The position numbers and the translations under genes are program-made. DNA of 64,000 bases, taken from NCBI GenBank assembly GCA_947631945.1, contig CANRNI010000001.1, forward strand, positions 91,331-155,330, read 5' to 3'. The notes under the pieces were generated by a model. That model did not search any database. It was given only the letters and a program-made list of their open reading frames with translations, and had not been told where the DNA came from. This document shows positions 27,115 through 37,212 of this stretch, one piece after another. Position 1 is the stretch's first letter. The number at the start of each line of letters is the position of its first letter. This DNA is from an uncultured Clostridia bacterium (lineage in GTDB: Bacteria > Bacillota > Clostridia > Oscillospirales > Acutalibacteraceae).

Positions 27115-27963
27115 CTAATTTCTGTAAATATCTCCGTCAATAGCTTCCTTGCGCTCTCGTCCGTCTTTCAATAGCGTTCTGAGAGTTTCGGAATCTCCTT
27201 CGCGAATCGCTTCTTTATATTTTACAAGATTTGATATCAGTTCGTCAAGCTCTTCATAAAGATAATCTTGATTTTCTAAAAATAATTCCGTCCACATCTG
27301 CTCGTTCAGCTTCGCTACGCGCGTTAAATCGCGGTAGCTTCCCGCCGAAAAGCCTTTATGAAGCGTCGCCGCACTGTTTTTTACATACGCGTTCGATACA
27401 ACGTGACAAAGCTGTGACGTAAAGGCAATAATTCGGTCATGCTCCGACGGCGTTGCTATCTGTATATTTGTAAAGCCCGCGTCTGCGAAAAGCCCCTTTA
27501 AAATATAGACCTTTTCATTTTTAACCTTTTCATTCGGACAAAGCACGAGCGACGCGTTTTTGAACATATCCTCGCTCGAATACGCGAAGCCCGACATATG
27601 CAGTCCCGCCATTGGGTGCGCGCCTATAAAGGTAAAACCGTATTTTTCGGAGAGCGGCTCGAGAGCGTCGCATACAATACGCTTTACGCCGCAGCAATCC
27701 ATAACTATCGCGTCCTTATCTATTTTTTCGGCGTTTCTTTTTACAAAATCTATGGCGGCTTTGGGATAAAGAGCTATAATTATAAGACCGAGCTGGGAAA
27801 TATTATCTTCCCTCAGTTTTCTGTCAAGAATATTTCTCGATATTGCTTCTTCAACGACATCCGAATTTATGTCGTAGCCGTATATTTTATTATCGGTATA
27901 AGCTTTAAGGGCTTTTGCCATGGAACCTCCTATAAGACCAAGCCCCACGATGCCTATATTCAT
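27115..27963 (-). CDS. tyrA: Prephenate dehydrogenase
   Basis: IGIVGLGLIGGS Rossmann motif. ATG 27963 lies downstream of the promoter at 27996-28024, so the ORF-track start at 28005 is excluded. Confidence 0.9.
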   Translation of the reverse strand: MNIGIVGLGLIGGSMAKALKAYTDNKIYGYDINSDVVEEAISRNILDRKLREDNISQLGLIIIALYPKAAIDFVKRNAEKIDKDAIVMDCCGVKRIVCDALEPLSEKYGFTFIGAHPMAGLHMSGFAYSSEDMFKNASLVLCPNEKVKNEKVYILKGLFADAGFTNIQIATPSEHDRIIAFTSQLCHVVSNAYVKNSAATLHKGFSAGSYRDLTRVAKLNEQMWTELFLENQDYLYEELDELISNLVKYKEAIREGDSETLRTLLKDGRERKEAIDGDIYRN

Positions 27964-27995
27964 TATATCAATTCCTTTTCTGCGATGCTTATTAC

Positions 27996-28024
27996 AATAT
28001 ATCACCGATTCTTTAATATGTCAA
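27996..28024 (-). promoter_or_regulatory. SigA-type promoter TTGACA-17-(TGa)TATATT for the aro operon
   Basis: The minus strand reads TTGACA (28019-28024), a 17-nt spacer, then an extended -10 TGATATATT (-10 at 27996-28001). Confidence 0.6.
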
Positions 28025-28184
28025 CACTTTAAAGTAATGAAGAATATTTTTTGTTGCTTTATACAAATCATCTTCTGAGCATGACCGAAAATTTTAAGAA
28101 ACCTCTAATTTAGAGTGGGTTCACACTCTAATCGTGTACAACTTGTTCGCCAAAACTTCGTCATATCACAGTAATTTCTTGACA

Positions 28185-28259
28185 GGCGTCATATTTCAAG
28201 GAGCTTTTGACAATCTCATGGCACATCTGTACAACAATAATTATACGGTATTGCCTTAA
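28185..28259. mobile_element. Rearranged or partial A-type repeat
   Basis: A core segment CGTCATATTTCAAGGAGCTTTTG is joined to CATGGCACATCTGTACAACAATAATTATACGGTATTGCCTTAA (A terminus). Confidence 0.6.
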
Positions 28260-28412
28260 TATAAATATAATGAACATAAAAATATAAAAATTTTCAATAG
28301 CACTTGTTTTACGGTAAATCTTGGTGTATTATATTGATGTATTATAACAATATAAAATATTTTTGATTTTGTACGGCGGTTGTGAATCGCGGTCAAATTA
28401 CGGAGGATATAT

Positions 28413-29591
28413 ATGGATAAAACTCAAAAGCGCTGGTCGTTTATTGTAAATATAATTTATTTTTTGATTTTTGCCGCAGCATTTTATCTTTTTATGAAAT
28501 ATGCGTTTTGGATGTTTTTCCCGTTTATAGCGGCGTTTATTATAGCCGCGCTTTTGCAGAAACCGTTAAGGTTGTTAACTAAGTCCAAAAAAGCGCCCAA
28601 GGGCATTATCAGCGCGGTTTTGTCATTGCTGGTATTTACTCTGCTGTTCGGACTTATAGCGCTCGGCGGAGCAAGGATTTTTTCCGCGATAAAGGATCTT
28701 ATAACTTATTTTACGGACAGATGCAATAATCTTGTCGAGTTTTTTGACGTGCTTAAAAACGGATATCTTGAGCTTGAAATAGCGGGGAGGCTTCCCGCCG
28801 AAATTAACGACGCTGTTACGGGAGGCATAGATTCGCTAAGCTCATATTTTATGAGCGGAGATATTGTAAATACTCTCACTACGAATCTTTCAAAGCTTAT
28901 ATCTCCTCTCGGAAGCGTTATAACCACAGTTCCCACAATCCTCGCGGCCCTGCTCGTTTCAATAGTTTCCACCTGTTTTATGACGGCGTCGTTCTCGGAT
29001 ATAAAAACGTTTATATTAATGCAGATTCCCGGTGAAAACAAGCAAAAAGCCGTCAGGGCAAAAAAAATACTTGTTTCTTCTGTCGGCAAGATGCTTAAAG
29101 CGTACGCGATTATTATTTTGATAACCACCTTTGAGCTTTCAATCGGACTGTATATCTTAAAGCTCATGGGAGTAAACGACGGTTCGCATATTATAGTCGT
29201 AAGCCTTCTTATTGCTCTTATAGATATCGTGCCGGTTCTCGGTACGGGTACTGTTGTTATCCCATGGAGCATATACTCATTTGTGACGGGCAATATAGGC
29301 ATGGGAATAGGTCTGCTTGTTATTTACGCGGTCATATCGGTAATCAGACAGATTATAGAGCCTAAGCTTGTCGCGGGTCAGGTGGGAATTTCTCCCGTTA
29401 TAACGATTATTTCAATGTATGTGGGAATTAAGCTTTTTGGGGCTATAGGCATTTTTATACTGCCGTTCTTCGTAATTATAATCAAGCTTCTTAACGACGA
29501 GGGAATCATACATCTGTTTAATTCAAATCCCGATGACGTCAATAAATCATCGGTCGTTCCGCATACCGAGCAGGAGGAAAATAAGGAGTGA
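28413..29591 (+). CDS. ytvI: AI-2E/PerM-family membrane protein, YtvI-like (sporulation integral membrane protein)
   Basis: 392-aa polytopic protein with the YtvI-like N-terminus (FFPFIAAFIIAALLQKPLRLL) and the conserved C-terminal PVLGTG...P segment. Confidence 0.75.
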   Translation: MDKTQKRWSFIVNIIYFLIFAAAFYLFMKYAFWMFFPFIAAFIIAALLQKPLRLLTKSKKAPKGIISAVLSLLVFTLLFGLIALGGARIFSAIKDLITYFTDRCNNLVEFFDVLKNGYLELEIAGRLPAEINDAVTGGIDSLSSYFMSGDIVNTLTTNLSKLISPLGSVITTVPTILAALLVSIVSTCFMTASFSDIKTFILMQIPGENKQKAVRAKKILVSSVGKMLKAYAIIILITTFELSIGLYILKLMGVNDGSHIIVVSLLIALIDIVPVLGTGTVVIPWSIYSFVTGNIGMGIGLLVIYAVISVIRQIIEPKLVAGQVGISPVITIISMYVGIKLFGAIGIFILPFFVIIIKLLNDEGIIHLFNSNPDDVNKSSVVPHTEQEENKE

Positions 29592-30382
29592 ACGATATTT
29601 TTATTAATGAAACGAAGGGCGAGACATTGGATTTAAAATTGGCCGTACTTATTGACGCGGATAATATTCCGTACGCTTATGTAAAAGGTATACTGTCGGA
29701 AATCGCCCGTTACGGTACGCCGGCTATAAAAAGGATTTACGGCGATTGGACCAGACCCGAGCTTTCGGGCTGGAAAAACGTTTTGCTTGAAAACGCAATT
29801 TCCCCGATTCAGCAGTACAGCTATACGACGGGTAAAAATTCAACCGATTCCGCTATGATTATAGACGCTATGGATATCCTTTATGAGGATAACGTGGACG
29901 GCTTTTGCATAGTATCGAGCGACAGCGATTTTACGCGCCTTTCAATGAGGCTCAGGGAATCGGGAAAAAGAGTAATCGGGCTCGGTGAAAGAAAAACGCC
30001 GACCCCGTTTATTGTCGCGTGCGATAAATTTATTTTTTTGGAAATTCTCGAGTCGGAGCATAAAGAGGGCGGAAAGAGCGTTAAATCAACAAGGAGTAAA
30101 AAGAGCCGTCCGGCAAAGCTTCCCAAAAACGTAATAAAGCTTATCGAAGCCTCTGTGGACGCCGTCGCGGACGAGGACGGCTGGGCGTTTTTGGGCGAAA
30201 TAGGCAATATTATACTTAAAAAAGAGCCGTCGTTCGACGCGAGAAACTACGGATACGCAAAGCTTACTCCGTTAATTGAAGCGACGGAGCTTTTTGAAAT
30301 CGACAGACGCGATACGTCAAACCGCGGCATAAAGCATATTTATATAAGAAACAAAAATTTTTCAAAAAATGGGACGGAATAA
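29588..30382 (+). CDS. NYN-domain (LabA-like) protein with a C-terminal OST-HTH/LOTUS domain
   Basis: N-terminal LAVLIDADNIP...IVSSDSDFTRL (PIN-like NYN acidic residues). The C-terminal ~70 aa (DGWAFLGEIGN...FDARNYGYAKL) resembles OST-HTH. Confidence 0.75.
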   Translation: MNDIFINETKGETLDLKLAVLIDADNIPYAYVKGILSEIARYGTPAIKRIYGDWTRPELSGWKNVLLENAISPIQQYSYTTGKNSTDSAMIIDAMDILYEDNVDGFCIVSSDSDFTRLSMRLRESGKRVIGLGERKTPTPFIVACDKFIFLEILESEHKEGGKSVKSTRSKKSRPAKLPKNVIKLIEASVDAVADEDGWAFLGEIGNIILKKEPSFDARNYGYAKLTPLIEATELFEIDRRDTSNRGIKHIYIRNKNFSKNGTE

Positions 30383-30403
30383 TTTTCAGCTTGTCGATAA
30401 AGA

Positions 30404-30626
30404 AAATTAATCTAATTAGGAATTAGGAATGAGGAATTAGGAATTATCGGAAGCCCAAAGGGCTTAATTATATATTGTATATTATAATATAAAACATATA
30501 AATTATAAAACATTAAATTTTTATGTATTAGTTACAGTAAAGTGAATAACTGTTCTTATAATTAAAGACGCGAAGCGTCTACCGATAATTTCTCACTCCT
30601 AATTCCTCATTCCTAATTATTAATTT
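30404..30626. repeat. Long imperfect inverted repeat built from AATTAGG/AATGAGG heptamers, flanking a 130-bp AT-rich core
   Basis: The left arm (30404-30450) is AAATTAATCT(AATTAGG)2 AATGAGG AATTAGG AATTATCGG. The right arm (30582-30626) is its imperfect complement. Just inside each arm sits a small GC hairpin: AAGCCC-AAA-GGGCTT and AGACGC-GAA-GCGTCT. Confidence 0.85.
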
Positions 30627-30733
30627 ACAGTCTGTAATTTTGTCCCGTTTTTTATAAATTTGTAAAAAATATTTTATTATTTTTCAATTATCGTATTGAT
30701 TTAAATTATAATAAGTTGTAGAATATAAGCCCC

Positions 30734-30906
30734 GGGAAACACTGAATAAATCACGCCTAACGGCTGAACGCACATCTTGCCCCGATATTTTCCGTCATTT
30801 TTGCCAAAAGCTCCTTGAAATACGCCAGTATTCCTGCGTCACTTTTGTCAATCTGACGAAAAATCTCATGGAGCAATCTGCACGTTCGATTTAATCAGTG
30901 ATTCCC
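30734..30906. mobile_element. MITE-like repeat, B-type, full length (173 bp)
   Basis: GGGAAACACTGAATAAATC...GATTTAATCAGTGATTCCC. It lies 22 nt upstream of the iol operon's first ORF. Confidence 0.8.
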
Positions 30907-30928
30907 TTGAAATAATATAAAAAGTGAA

Positions 30929-31774
30929 GTGGTCATTGTGGCTCTTGTAAAAATGACGGAGGTTTTAAATTGGGCGACAGATAACAACTGCGCGGCGGGC
31001 GCGTTCAGCGTAGGCAACATGGAAATGATTATGGGAGCCGTTAAAGCGGCGGAAGAGACAAACACACCCATTATCCTCCAGATAGCCGAAAAAAGAATGA
31101 AGCAGTCGCCGTTGCATTTAATGGCTCCGATGATGGTTTCGGCCGCGAAAAACGCTAAGGTTCCGGTCGCCGTTCACCTTGACCACGGACTTACCATGGA
31201 ATGTATAAAAGAAGCTATCGCATACGGGTTTACGTCCGTTATGCTTGACGCTTCTCTTTTTCCGTTTGAGGAAAATATTGCCTATACAAAGGCGGTAAAG
31301 GCGGAAGCCGATAAATACGGCGCGACGGTTGAGGCGGAGCTCGGAGTTGTCGGCGGAAATGAGGGCGACTGCGCGAAGCATGAAATTTTATGCACAGACC
31401 CTGTTAAGGCGAAAATTTTTTGCGACGAGACAAATGTCGATTGCCTTGCGGTCGCGATAGGAAACGCTCACGGGAATTATCCCGTTTTGCCGGAGCTCAG
31501 GTTCGACGTCCTTGAAGAAATATACAAAACCGTAAAAACTCCGCTTGTTCTTCACGGCGGAACGGGCATTACCCGGGAAATGTTCGTAAAGGCCATATCT
31601 CTCGGCATAAGAAAAATCAATATAGCGACGGCGAGCTTTGACGCTCTCGCGAATGCCGCAAAGGATTATACCTTTACACAGGAAAAGCCCGATTACTTTA
31701 CACTTTCTCCGAAAATGGCGGAAGCGGTTTACGAAAACGTTAAAAAGCATATACGAGTTTTCACGAATAAATAA
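30929..31774 (+). CDS. iolJ: Class II aldolase; by context, 6-phospho-5-dehydro-2-deoxy-D-gluconate aldolase
   Basis: FbaA/TagBP-type class II aldolase motifs (AAGAFSVGNME, PVAVHLDHG, HGGTG). The iolJ assignment comes from operon context. The start is uncertain (GTG 30929 or 30938). Confidence 0.75.
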   Translation: MVIVALVKMTEVLNWATDNNCAAGAFSVGNMEMIMGAVKAAEETNTPIILQIAEKRMKQSPLHLMAPMMVSAAKNAKVPVAVHLDHGLTMECIKEAIAYGFTSVMLDASLFPFEENIAYTKAVKAEADKYGATVEAELGVVGGNEGDCAKHEILCTDPVKAKIFCDETNVDCLAVAIGNAHGNYPVLPELRFDVLEEIYKTVKTPLVLHGGTGITREMFVKAISLGIRKINIATASFDALANAAKDYTFTQEKPDYFTLSPKMAEAVYENVKKHIRVFTNK

Positions 31775-31802
31775 GAATGAATAATAGGAAAGGATATTTT
31801 AA

Positions 31803-32819
31803 ATGAAGTACATTGATTTTGATTCGTCAAAAAAATACGATTTGATACCGCTCGGAAGGGTAGCCATCGACTTTAATCCGACCGATATGAACAGACCGTT
31901 GTCCGAAAGCTCCAATTTTAACAAATACGTCGGCGGTTCTCCCGCCAATATCGCCGTAGGAATGGCAAGACTCGGAAAAAAAGTCGGTTTTATCGGCAAG
32001 GTTTCTGACGACAGTTTCGGCGATTACGTTATAAACTATTTCAAAAACGACGGCATCGACGTAAGCCATATCACGCGCTGTAAAAACGGCGAAAACCTCG
32101 GTCTTACGTTTACCGAGATAAAAAGCCCGTCCGAGAGCAGTATTCTTATGTACCGTGAGGGTGTTGCCGATTTAATGCTCCACCCCGACGATATTGACGA
32201 GGATTATATAAAGCAGACTAAAGCGCTCCTTATTTCGGGTACGGCTCTTTCGCGTAGTCCGTCGAGAGAGGCGACTTTAAAGGCTGTGATGCTTGCGAAA
32301 AAGAATAATATTCCTCTGATTTTTGATATAGATTACCGAGAGTATACATGGAAAAATAAAGACGAAATTTCAATTTATTATTCCATGGTAGCGAGAAACA
32401 GCGATATAATTTTAGGCTCGCGCGAGGAATTTGACCTTACCGAAGCCGTAACGGGCGTTTGCGCGTCGGACGAGGAAAGCGCGAAGCTTTGGACGTCTTA
32501 CGGCACGAAGATTGTGGTTATAAAACACGGAAAAGAGGGTTCTACCGCTTATACGAACGACGGCAACAGCTATACGGTAAAGCCTTTCCCCGCAAAGAAG
32601 CTCAAAGGCTTCGGCGGCGGCGACGGCTACGCGTCCTCGTTTATAAGAGCGCTTATAGACGGCTGCGAGGTTATCGAGGCTCTCGAATACGGTTCGGCTT
32701 CCGCTTCAATGCTTATTGCCGCTCATAGTTGTTCTGCGGCCATGCCTTCTCTTGCCGAAGTTGAAAAATTTATCGCCGACGCAAAAGCGGAGTACGGCGA
32801 AATGGTGGTTCGCGCCTGA
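31803..32819 (+). CDS. iolC: 5-dehydro-2-deoxygluconokinase
   Basis: PfkB-family kinase (GGSPANIAVG, GFGGGDGYAS) in an iol context. Confidence 0.85.
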   Translation: MKYIDFDSSKKYDLIPLGRVAIDFNPTDMNRPLSESSNFNKYVGGSPANIAVGMARLGKKVGFIGKVSDDSFGDYVINYFKNDGIDVSHITRCKNGENLGLTFTEIKSPSESSILMYREGVADLMLHPDDIDEDYIKQTKALLISGTALSRSPSREATLKAVMLAKKNNIPLIFDIDYREYTWKNKDEISIYYSMVARNSDIILGSREEFDLTEAVTGVCASDEESAKLWTSYGTKIVVIKHGKEGSTAYTNDGNSYTVKPFPAKKLKGFGGGDGYASSFIRALIDGCEVIEALEYGSASASMLIAAHSCSAAMPSLAEVEKFIADAKAEYGEMVVRA

Positions 32820-32835
32820 ACGGGACATATAAAAA

Positions 32836-33537
32836 ATGTTAAAAACAAAATCGAGGATTGTTAAAGTATTGTTTATTGCATTTTGCGTAATTTTTGCTTT
32901 ATGCGTTATCGCCTGCATTTACGCGGTTTGCGTTAACGCTTATGTAAAATCGTCGTCGGAAAAATATATCTTGTCCGCCGAGGAAGCGGCCGGAACAGAA
33001 AACGCCGACTGTATATTGGTTCTCGGAGCGGGCGTAAAGGGTACGACGCTCAGCCATATGCTCGAGGACAGAGTGAAAACGGGAATAAAGCTTTACGAGC
33101 TTAAAGCCGCCCCGAAAATCCTTATGAGCGGCGACCACGGCAGGGAAGATTACGACGAAGTCAACGCCATGAAGGATTACGCGAAAGAAGAGGGCGTTCC
33201 GTCCTCCGACATATTTATGGATCACGCCGGATTTTCCACATATGAGTCGATGTACCGCGCGAGAGACGTTTTCGGCGCGAAAAAAATTATAATCGTATCG
33301 CAGAAATATCATCTTTACAGAGCAATATACGTCGCGAGATACCTGGGGCTTGAAGCCTACGGCGTTGACGGACAGCTCCGCGAGTATGCGGCCGATACAA
33401 ATATTTTCAACGCGCTAAGAGAATTTTTGGCGAGAAATAAGGATTTTTTGTATGTAAGATTTAATCCTGAGCCGACGTATCTCGGCGAGGCGATACCTAT
33501 AAACGGCGACGGCGACGCGACTAATGATAAAGTATAA
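32836..33537 (+). CDS. sanA: SanA/YdcF (DUF218) family membrane-anchored protein
   Basis: N-terminal TM helix plus the DUF218 core (ADCILVLGAGV...ILMSGDHGREDYDEVNAM...HAGFSTYES). Confidence 0.75.
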   Translation: MLKTKSRIVKVLFIAFCVIFALCVIACIYAVCVNAYVKSSSEKYILSAEEAAGTENADCILVLGAGVKGTTLSHMLEDRVKTGIKLYELKAAPKILMSGDHGREDYDEVNAMKDYAKEEGVPSSDIFMDHAGFSTYESMYRARDVFGAKKIIIVSQKYHLYRAIYVARYLGLEAYGVDGQLREYAADTNIFNALREFLARNKDFLYVRFNPEPTYLGEAIPINGDGDATNDKV

Positions 33538-33603
33538 CTATAAGTATTGTATAGTAGAACAGTATATTATTATAAATGAAAAACATGAAAGGACGGCATA
33601 TAT

Positions 33604-34374
33604 ATGTTTGAAATACCTGTTATAAATGAAAAAAACGAAAAGATATTATGCGAAAGAAACGGCAAAAACGCCGATATGCTTATGGATATCAAGGTGAAGT
33701 ATCTTAAAGCCGGCGAAAGCGTTTCTTTCTGCGAAAAGAATGACGAAACGGCTGTTCTGCTTGTAGCGGGTGAAGTTACGTTTAAATGGAACGGCAAAGA
33801 GGCAACCGGTTCAAGGCGCGACCCGTTCGATATGAAGCCGTATTGTCTGCACGTTTCTAAAAATACGCCGTTCACCGTTACCGCCGTTAAGGACAGCGAA
33901 ACAGTGATACAGCGGACGGATAACGACAAGGAGTTCGAGCCTGTTTTCTATACTCCGGAGAACTGTCTTTATCAGGAATTCGGCAAAGGTCAGTGGGACG
34001 GCGCGGGACACAGAGTCGTTTCCACAATGTTCGACCCCGATAACGCTCCGTACTCCAATATGGTTATGGGCGAGGTTTTCAACAAGCCCGGCAGATGGTC
34101 GAGCTATCCGCCGCACCATCACCCCCAGCCCGAGGTTTACTATTACAGGTTCGATAAGCCGCAAGGCTTCGGCGCGTGCTTTAACGGAGACGACGTTTAC
34201 AAGAGCGTTGACGGCTCTTTCTGTACTATACGCGGCGGTCAGGACCATGAACAGGTCGTGGCTCCCGGTTACAATATGTATTATGTATGGATGATAAGAC
34301 ATCTTGACGGCGACCCATGGTACAAAACCACAAGATTGGTATCGCCCGAACACGAATGGCTTACAAAATCGTGA
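33604..34374 (+). CDS. iolB: 5-deoxy-glucuronate isomerase
   Basis: Cupin KduI/IolB-like sequence (SSYPPHHHPQPEVYYY). Confidence 0.85.
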   Translation: MFEIPVINEKNEKILCERNGKNADMLMDIKVKYLKAGESVSFCEKNDETAVLLVAGEVTFKWNGKEATGSRRDPFDMKPYCLHVSKNTPFTVTAVKDSETVIQRTDNDKEFEPVFYTPENCLYQEFGKGQWDGAGHRVVSTMFDPDNAPYSNMVMGEVFNKPGRWSSYPPHHHPQPEVYYYRFDKPQGFGACFNGDDVYKSVDGSFCTIRGGQDHEQVVAPGYNMYYVWMIRHLDGDPWYKTTRLVSPEHEWLTKS

Positions 34375-34399
34375 TTACCATATTAAGGAGGAATTTTAG

Positions 34400-36316
34400 A
34401 TGGCAGTAATGACAACGGCTCAGGCGCTTGTAAAATTTCTTGATAATCAGTACGTTTCATTTGACGGTAAGGAAAATAAATTTGTTGACGGCATTTTTAC
34501 GGTATTCGGTCACGGAATCGTAGTGGGCTTGGGGCAGGCTCTTGATGAGAATCCCGGCGGACTTAAAGTCTATCAGGGCAAAAACGAACAGGGAATGGCT
34601 CACGCCGCGACGGCTTACGCGAAGCAAAACAACAGACGCAGGATTATAGCCTGCTCATCGTCCATAGGTCCGGGAGCGGCAAATATGGTTACTGCGGCGG
34701 CGACCGCTACCGTAAACAATATTCCGCTTTTGCTTTTCCCCGCCGATACGTTTTCGACCCGTCAGCCCGACCCCGTCCTTCAGCAGTTCGAGCAGCCTTA
34801 TTCGCTGACCGTAACTACAAACGATGCGTACAAGCCCGTCTGCCGCTATTGGGACAGAATCGCAAGACCGGAACATCTTATGTCCGCGATGATAAACGCT
34901 ATGAGAGTTTTAACGGACCCGTCCTGTACTGGAGCCGTGTGCATATCGCTTTGTCAGGACGTGGAGGGCGAAGCGTATGATTATCCCGACGAATTTTTTG
35001 TGAAGAGGGTTCACAGAATCACAAGAGTTGCCGCGCCGGACGAGGAAATCGAGGATATAGCAAGGGTCATAGCTTCTTCCGAAAAGCCTATGGTTATCTG
35101 CGGCGGCGGCGTAAGGTATTCCGAAGCCGGTCAGGCTCTTATGGACTTCTGCGAAAAATTCAATATTCCTTACGGCGAAACACAGGCAGGCAAGAGCGCA
35201 ACTCCCTCCTCCTGCAAATATAATATGGGCGGAGTAGGCGTTACGGGAAATTCCTCGGGCAATGTTACCGCTAAGAACGCGGACTGTATAATAGGAATAG
35301 GCACGCGTTTTTCCGATTTTACGACCGCTTCAAAATCGCTTTATCCCGATAAAAAAATCGTTACTATAAACACGTCCCGTTTTGACGCGTATAAGCTCTG
35401 TGCGGTAAAGGCCGTCGGCGACGCTAAAGCTTGCCTTGAAAAGCTTACGGAGGTTCTCGCCGAAAAAGGCTATACTTCCGAATATACCGACGAATACGAC
35501 AACGCGAAAAAAGACTGGGATAAGGAAATGGAATTTCTTACAAATTATTCGGTCGATGAGAATTTTGAGCCGCTTATAAAGGCAAGATATGAAAAGACGA
35601 TTCCCGAATTTATTGAAATGACCGGGTCGGCTCTTACGCAGACGCGGGCTCTCGCTTATATCAGAAATCATATAGATAAAGACGCCGTAGCCGTAGCCGC
35701 CGCGGGAAGTCTGCCCGGCTGTATGCAGAGAATGTGGACTACGGAAAGTCTTTATACCTACAATATGGAATACGGATATTCCTGCATGGGATATGAAATC
35801 GCGGGCGCGTTCGGCTCAAAGCTCGCTATGCCCGAAAGGGAAGTGTACGCTTTCTGCGGCGACGGCAGCTATTTGATGCTTCACAGCGAGCTTGTAACGT
35901 CCGTTCAGGAGGGCGCGAAAATCAACGTAATGCTCTTTGATAATTCGGGCTTCGGATGTATAAACAACCTCCAGATGAGCAACGGTATAGGCAATCTCGC
36001 CACAGAGTTCAGAAAAAGAGATGAAAACGGCGAGCTTTTGGGCGATTTGCTCCCGATAGATTTCGCGAAATGCGCGTCGGGCTACGGCGTAAAAACGTAT
36101 ACCGCGAGAACTGTTGAAGAACTTGCGTTCGCTCTTGAGGACAGCAAAAAACAGACCGTTTCAACTCTTATAGATATTAAGGTTCTCCCCAAAACCATGA
36201 CGGACGGCTACGGCGCATGGTGGAACGTCGGCGTAGCGTCCGTATCGGGAAAGGAAAGCGTCAGGGAAGCCTATAAAAATAAAACCGAAAATCTTAAAAA
36301 AGCGAGGAAATATTGA
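34400..36316 (+). CDS. iolD: 3D-(3,5/4)-trihydroxycyclohexane-1,2-dione acylhydrolase
   Basis: 638-aa ThDP enzyme (GDGSYLM...[11 protein letters not shown]) with an IolD-like N-terminus ([15 protein letters not shown]). Confidence 0.9.
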   Translation: MAVMTTAQALVKFLDNQYVSFDGKENKFVDGIFTVFGHGIVVGLGQALDENPGGLKVYQGKNEQGMAHAATAYAKQNNRRRIIACSSSIGPGAANMVTAAATATVNNIPLLLFPADTFSTRQPDPVLQQFEQPYSLTVTTNDAYKPVCRYWDRIARPEHLMSAMINAMRVLTDPSCTGAVCISLCQDVEGEAYDYPDEFFVKRVHRITRVAAPDEEIEDIARVIASSEKPMVICGGGVRYSEAGQALMDFCEKFNIPYGETQAGKSATPSSCKYNMGGVGVTGNSSGNVTAKNADCIIGIGTRFSDFTTASKSLYPDKKIVTINTSRFDAYKLCAVKAVGDAKACLEKLTEVLAEKGYTSEYTDEYDNAKKDWDKEMEFLTNYSVDENFEPLIKARYEKTIPEFIEMTGSALTQTRALAYIRNHIDKDAVAVAAAGSLPGCMQRMWTTESLYTYNMEYGYSCMGYEIAGAFGSKLAMPEREVYAFCGDGSYLMLHSELVTSVQEGAKINVMLFDNSGFGCINNLQMSNGIGNLATEFRKRDENGELLGDLLPIDFAKCASGYGVKTYTARTVEELAFALEDSKKQTVSTLIDIKVLPKTMTDGYGAWWNVGVASVSGKESVREAYKNKTENLKKARKY

Positions 36317-37212
36317 TTATGCTTGACAAAAACAAAGTAAAACTCGGTATCGCGCCCATCGCGTGGACAAACGACGATTTGCCCGATCTCGGCGCGGAAA
36401 ACACTTTCCAGCAGTGCGTTTCCGAAATGGCTCTCGCGGGCTTTACGGGCTGCGAGGTCGGCAATAAATATCCGAAAGACCCTGACGAGCTCCACAAATA
36501 TCTCGATATCAGAGGTATTCGGATTTGCAACGCGTGGTTCTCCGCGTTTCTTACTACAAAGCCGTATGAGGAAACGGAAAAGGAATTTATCAAACACATA
36601 ACGTTTCTTAAAGCCATGGGCGCTAAGGTCGTAGGCGTTTCGGAGCAGGGACACTCGATTCAGGGAACGGATAAATCCATTTTCGACGATAAATACATAA
36701 TGAACGACGAAGAATGGGATATGCTCTGCACCGGACTTAACAGGCTCGGCAAGGTAGCTAAGGATATGGGCATAACTCTTACGTTCCATCATCATATGGG
36801 AACCGTTGTACAGACGGCTGCCGAAATCGACAGACTTATGGAGAATACAGACCCCGAGCTTTTCAATCTTTTATTCGATTCGGGACATCTCGCGTACTGC
36901 GGCGAGGATTATATGGCGGTTCTCAAAAAATATATAAAGAGAATCAAGCATATACACCTTAAAGATATAAGACCCGAAGTTATAGCCGAGGTCAGGAAAA
37001 ATCATCTCAGCTTTTTAGAGGGCGTAAGAATGGGTACGTTTACCGTTCCCGGCGACGGCGCCATAGATTTCGGACCTATTTTTAAGGTTCTTGAAGAAAA
37101 CGGTTATGAGGGCTATGTGCTTGTTGAGGCGGAGCAGGACCCCGCGAAAGCCAATCCGTTTGAATACGCCGTTAAAGCGAGAAAATATATAGCCGAAAAA
37201 TCGGGGCTTTAA
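36313..37212 (+). CDS. iolE: Myo-inosose-2 dehydratase
   Basis: Xylose-isomerase-like TIM barrel with an IolE-like N-terminus ([18 protein letters not shown]). The start overlaps the iolD stop (ATGA-type coupling). Confidence 0.9.
   Translation: MIMLDKNKVKLGIAPIAWTNDDLPDLGAENTFQQCVSEMALAGFTGCEVGNKYPKDPDELHKYLDIRGIRICNAWFSAFLTTKPYEETEKEFIKHITFLKAMGAKVVGVSEQGHSIQGTDKSIFDDKYIMNDEEWDMLCTGLNRLGKVAKDMGITLTFHHHMGTVVQTAAEIDRLMENTDPELFNLLFDSGHLAYCGEDYMAVLKKYIKRIKHIHLKDIRPEVIAEVRKNHLSFLEGVRMGTFTVPGDGAIDFGPIFKVLEENGYEGYVLVEAEQDPAKANPFEYAVKARKYIAEKSGL

Noticed and set aside
27964-28412. I looked for a T-box or another amino-acid-sensing leader upstream of the aro operon, and for a lysine riboswitch upstream of asd-dapA-dapB (18706-18869).
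   Set aside because: No T-box sequence (complement of AAnnnGGGTGGTACCGCG) was seen on the minus strand. The predicted promoters leave leaders of only about 25-95 nt, too short for T-box or L-box elements. The structured sequence at 28080-28259 is a degenerate copy of the repeat family.
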